A program made the position numbers and the translations under genes. DNA of 64,000 bases from positions 57,468 to 121,467 of the forward strand of contig CACJNU010000001.1 of NCBI GenBank assembly GCA_902594875.1, written 5' to 3'. This stretch comes from an uncultured Prochlorococcus sp. Its GTDB lineage: Bacteria > Cyanobacteriota > Cyanobacteriia > PCC-6307 > Cyanobiaceae. The notes under the pieces are model-generated. The model saw nothing but the letters and a program-made list of their open reading frames with translations, was not told the origin of the DNA and did no database searches. Positions 62,265 to 64,000 of this stretch are shown in pieces. Positions within the stretch are counted from its first letter, which is position 1. Each line of letters starts with the position of its first letter.

Positions 62265-62413
62265 AAGCTTTCGTTGATTATATTTAAAAGTTTATTTCTT
62301 TTAATTGTATTTTTTTCTTCCCAATGAAGTGTTACCTCATCATTGATAATAGGTTTTGCTTCATAAGCTAGATACCAAAGAATAAATCCGACAGGAAATA
62401 ATAAAATATGCAT
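62261..62413 (-). CDS. Small protein with N-terminal TM (50 aa)
   Basis: Hand translation MHILLFPVGFILWYLAYEAKPIINDEVTLHWEEKNTIKRNKLLNIINESF. Confidence 0.6.
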   Translation of the reverse strand: MHILLFPVGFILWYLAYEAKPIINDEVTLHWEEKNTIKRNKLLNIINESF

Positions 62414-62464
62414 AGCAAAATTAGTTGACTTAAATCAAATATAATGCAACACTTATAATGTGCA

Positions 62465-62476
62465 AGTGTGACACTA
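62465..62476. promoter_or_regulatory. Palindrome AGTGT-G-ACACT(A), upstream copy
   Basis: Lies between a TATAAT (62454-62459) and the ATG at 62489; an inverted copy lies at 62856-62867. Confidence 0.55.
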
Positions 62477-62488
62477 ATTTTTTTAATT

Positions 62489-62854
62489 ATGCCCTCACCG
62501 AGGAAAAGAATTGGTTTTTTGCCAAGTGAAGAAGTTCATGAAATTATTGAAAAATTGTGCACAGCTAATGAGTTTAGTCAGTCAAAAGTCACAGGTTTAT
62601 TGGTTGAGGAAGCGTTAAGGTCTCGAGGTGTGTTAAATGAATCTTATGGTCAAAATCAAAATGATAAAGGGGATTTTATAAAATTTTCTTTTGATCACGG
62701 AACATTTTCTGAAGATAATAGATCTCCACTTAATGTAGACGAATATGCAGTTAATAAAAAAGTATTATCTGATGATATCAAAATGATGCATGAATTTATT
62801 GAGTTTAAGTATTTCAAGAAAGTTATGAAGCGAAATAACAACATTATTGAATAA
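62489..62854 (+). CDS. Ribbon-helix-helix (CopG-like) DNA-binding protein
   Basis: MPSPRKRIGFLPSEEVHEIIEKLC...SQSKVTGLLVEEAL fits a strand-helix-turn-helix pattern. Start at MPSP preferred. Confidence 0.7.
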   Translation: MPSPRKRIGFLPSEEVHEIIEKLCTANEFSQSKVTGLLVEEALRSRGVLNESYGQNQNDKGDFIKFSFDHGTFSEDNRSPLNVDEYAVNKKVLSDDIKMMHEFIEFKYFKKVMKRNNNIIE

Positions 62855-62870
62855 ATAGTGTCACACTATT
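62854..62870. repeat. Perfect palindrome AATAGTGT-C-ACACTATT, downstream copy
   Basis: 8-bp arms with a 1-nt spacer, beginning at the last base of the RHH stop codon. Confidence 0.8.
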
Positions 62871-62991
62871 AATGTTTATATGAGAATACTTTTCAATGGA
62901 ATTTAGAAATTGAGCAGAGATAAATATTTTTGAATATTTCTATTCAACTTTATAAAGAAGTATCCAAAATAAATTGATTCTTTAAAAATTC

Positions 62992-63032
62992 AGCGGACTA
63001 AATCCTCGTGGAGATATGAACCTTAGCCCGCT
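62992..63032 (-). other. GC-rich stem-loop, possible sRNA or terminator
   Basis: Minus strand AGCGGGCUAAG...UUUAGUCCGCU forms 11 bp including two G-U pairs; followed by GAAUUUUU. Confidence 0.45.
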
Positions 63033-63271
63033 TATAAAAAATAGCAATAAAAAAATATAAATACAATAAGTATGTAAATTTACTTTTGATTTAAAATTGG
63101 ATTATAAAAACTCTAAATATAAATGGAAGTAAATGAATTAAATGAAGATAAGCAGCTTCAAATATGATATCTACTTGAAAATCTTCAGTAAATAGAGAAA
63201 TTTAAAAATAAAGATATACGAATTTTGCTTTATTAGATAGTTGGAAAATATAATGGAAAAGTAGTAAATAA

Positions 63272-63661
63272 ATGAAACGCCTATTAATCCCACTGTTAGT
63301 TTTGCTTACTTTACCAAGTGTTGTAAATTGCTCCCACTTAAATAATCAGAGAGAACTTCTAATTACCTTAGAAGGTACTAAGGAATCAATTGAGTTGGCA
63401 AATTATCTTATAGATAATGGAATAGTTAAATATTCAGCATATTGGTGTCCTAATTGCGTTAATCAAAGTGAATTATTTAGTAAGCAAGCTTATCGAGAAC
63501 TTAATGTAGTTGAATGTGCAGAAGATGGCATAAACAGTCAAACACAATTATGTATTGATAGAAAAATTAAAGGGTTTCCTTCATGGGAAACAAATGGAAA
63601 ATTAATTTTAGGTGTACTTTCACTAAAAGAGTTATCAAAGTTGACTGGTCTTAAGAATTAA
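63272..63661 (+). CDS. Exported thioredoxin-fold protein, like the Trx domain of cyanobacterial VKOR fusions
   Basis: Signal peptide; YSAYWCPNC, VVEC, QLC and IKGFPSW. Confidence 0.82.
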   Translation: MKRLLIPLLVLLTLPSVVNCSHLNNQRELLITLEGTKESIELANYLIDNGIVKYSAYWCPNCVNQSELFSKQAYRELNVVECAEDGINSQTQLCIDRKIKGFPSWETNGKLILGVLSLKELSKLTGLKN

Positions 63662-63684
63662 GGAAAATGTAAGATGATTAATGG

Positions 63685-63834
63685 CTAGATATCAATGGTT
63701 ATTTCTTGTGTATCTTTCATGCATCTTCCAGCTGGATAGTTAATTACTTTTTTTGATATTAATCCAATGCTTATAGCAAATATTCCAATACCAAATAAAG
63801 CTCTAGATCTTTTGCTTGAGATGAGATACTTCAT
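63685..63834 (-). CDS. Small single-TM protein (49 aa)
   Basis: Hand translation MKYLISSKRSRALFGIGIFAISIGLISKKVINYPAGRCMKDTQEITIDI. Confidence 0.55.
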   Translation of the reverse strand: MKYLISSKRSRALFGIGIFAISIGLISKKVINYPAGRCMKDTQEITIDI

Positions 63835-64000
63835 TAAATATTTATAACTATTTAATAGTAAAGATTATTAAATTATAAAGTGGAAGTTTTTTGATTAAAA
63901 AAAAATAAATAGTAACCCTAAATCTATTATTTTTAAAAATAAGTATTAGATATTAGATTTATTGAAAATCCTGAATCAATAAATGCTCATATATCTTTTT

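Noticed and set aside
62425-62459. TTGACT plus TATAAT as a sigma70 promoter
   Set aside because: Spacings are 9 and 23 nt, not ~17, so only the -10 elements are credible.

Overview
Very AT-rich marine picocyanobacterial chromosome segment. Gene content and order fit a high-light Prochlorococcus: chlH, acsF with a 31-aa insert, a 25-aa psb30, no recJ between psb30 and cbbY, and many microproteins. The window has three zones. (1) ~0.8-23.3 kb is a variable region 3' of an initiator tRNA-Met, with pepN, peptidase E, an MTHFR-like/renalase-like flavoprotein pair, a nucleoside/base salvage cluster, an HNH nuclease, an ABC-2 exporter and many <60-aa ORFs missed by the ORF track. (2) ~23.4-60.4 kb is a core block (carB, tpiA, folP, chlH, dapB, mfd, fmt, tldD/pmbA, acsF, ndhV, split GDT1 pair, psb30, rpmF, ftsH, 2-Cys peroxiredoxin). 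(3) ~60.4-64 kb starts another microprotein-rich region. The most notable observations are: a candidate ~45-nt sRNA (GUUCCCCAUC plus terminator) with two NrdR-box-like palindromes at its promoter; an RHH-type regulator gene bracketed by inverted copies of one palindrome; and three apparent pseudo-enzymes (FtsH lacking all Zn ligands, an RNase R-like protein lacking catalytic Asp residues, and a DUF3318 protein with a broken HExxH). I saw no integrase, transposase, CRISPR array or rRNA. Family names come from motif recognition and memory; no searches were run.
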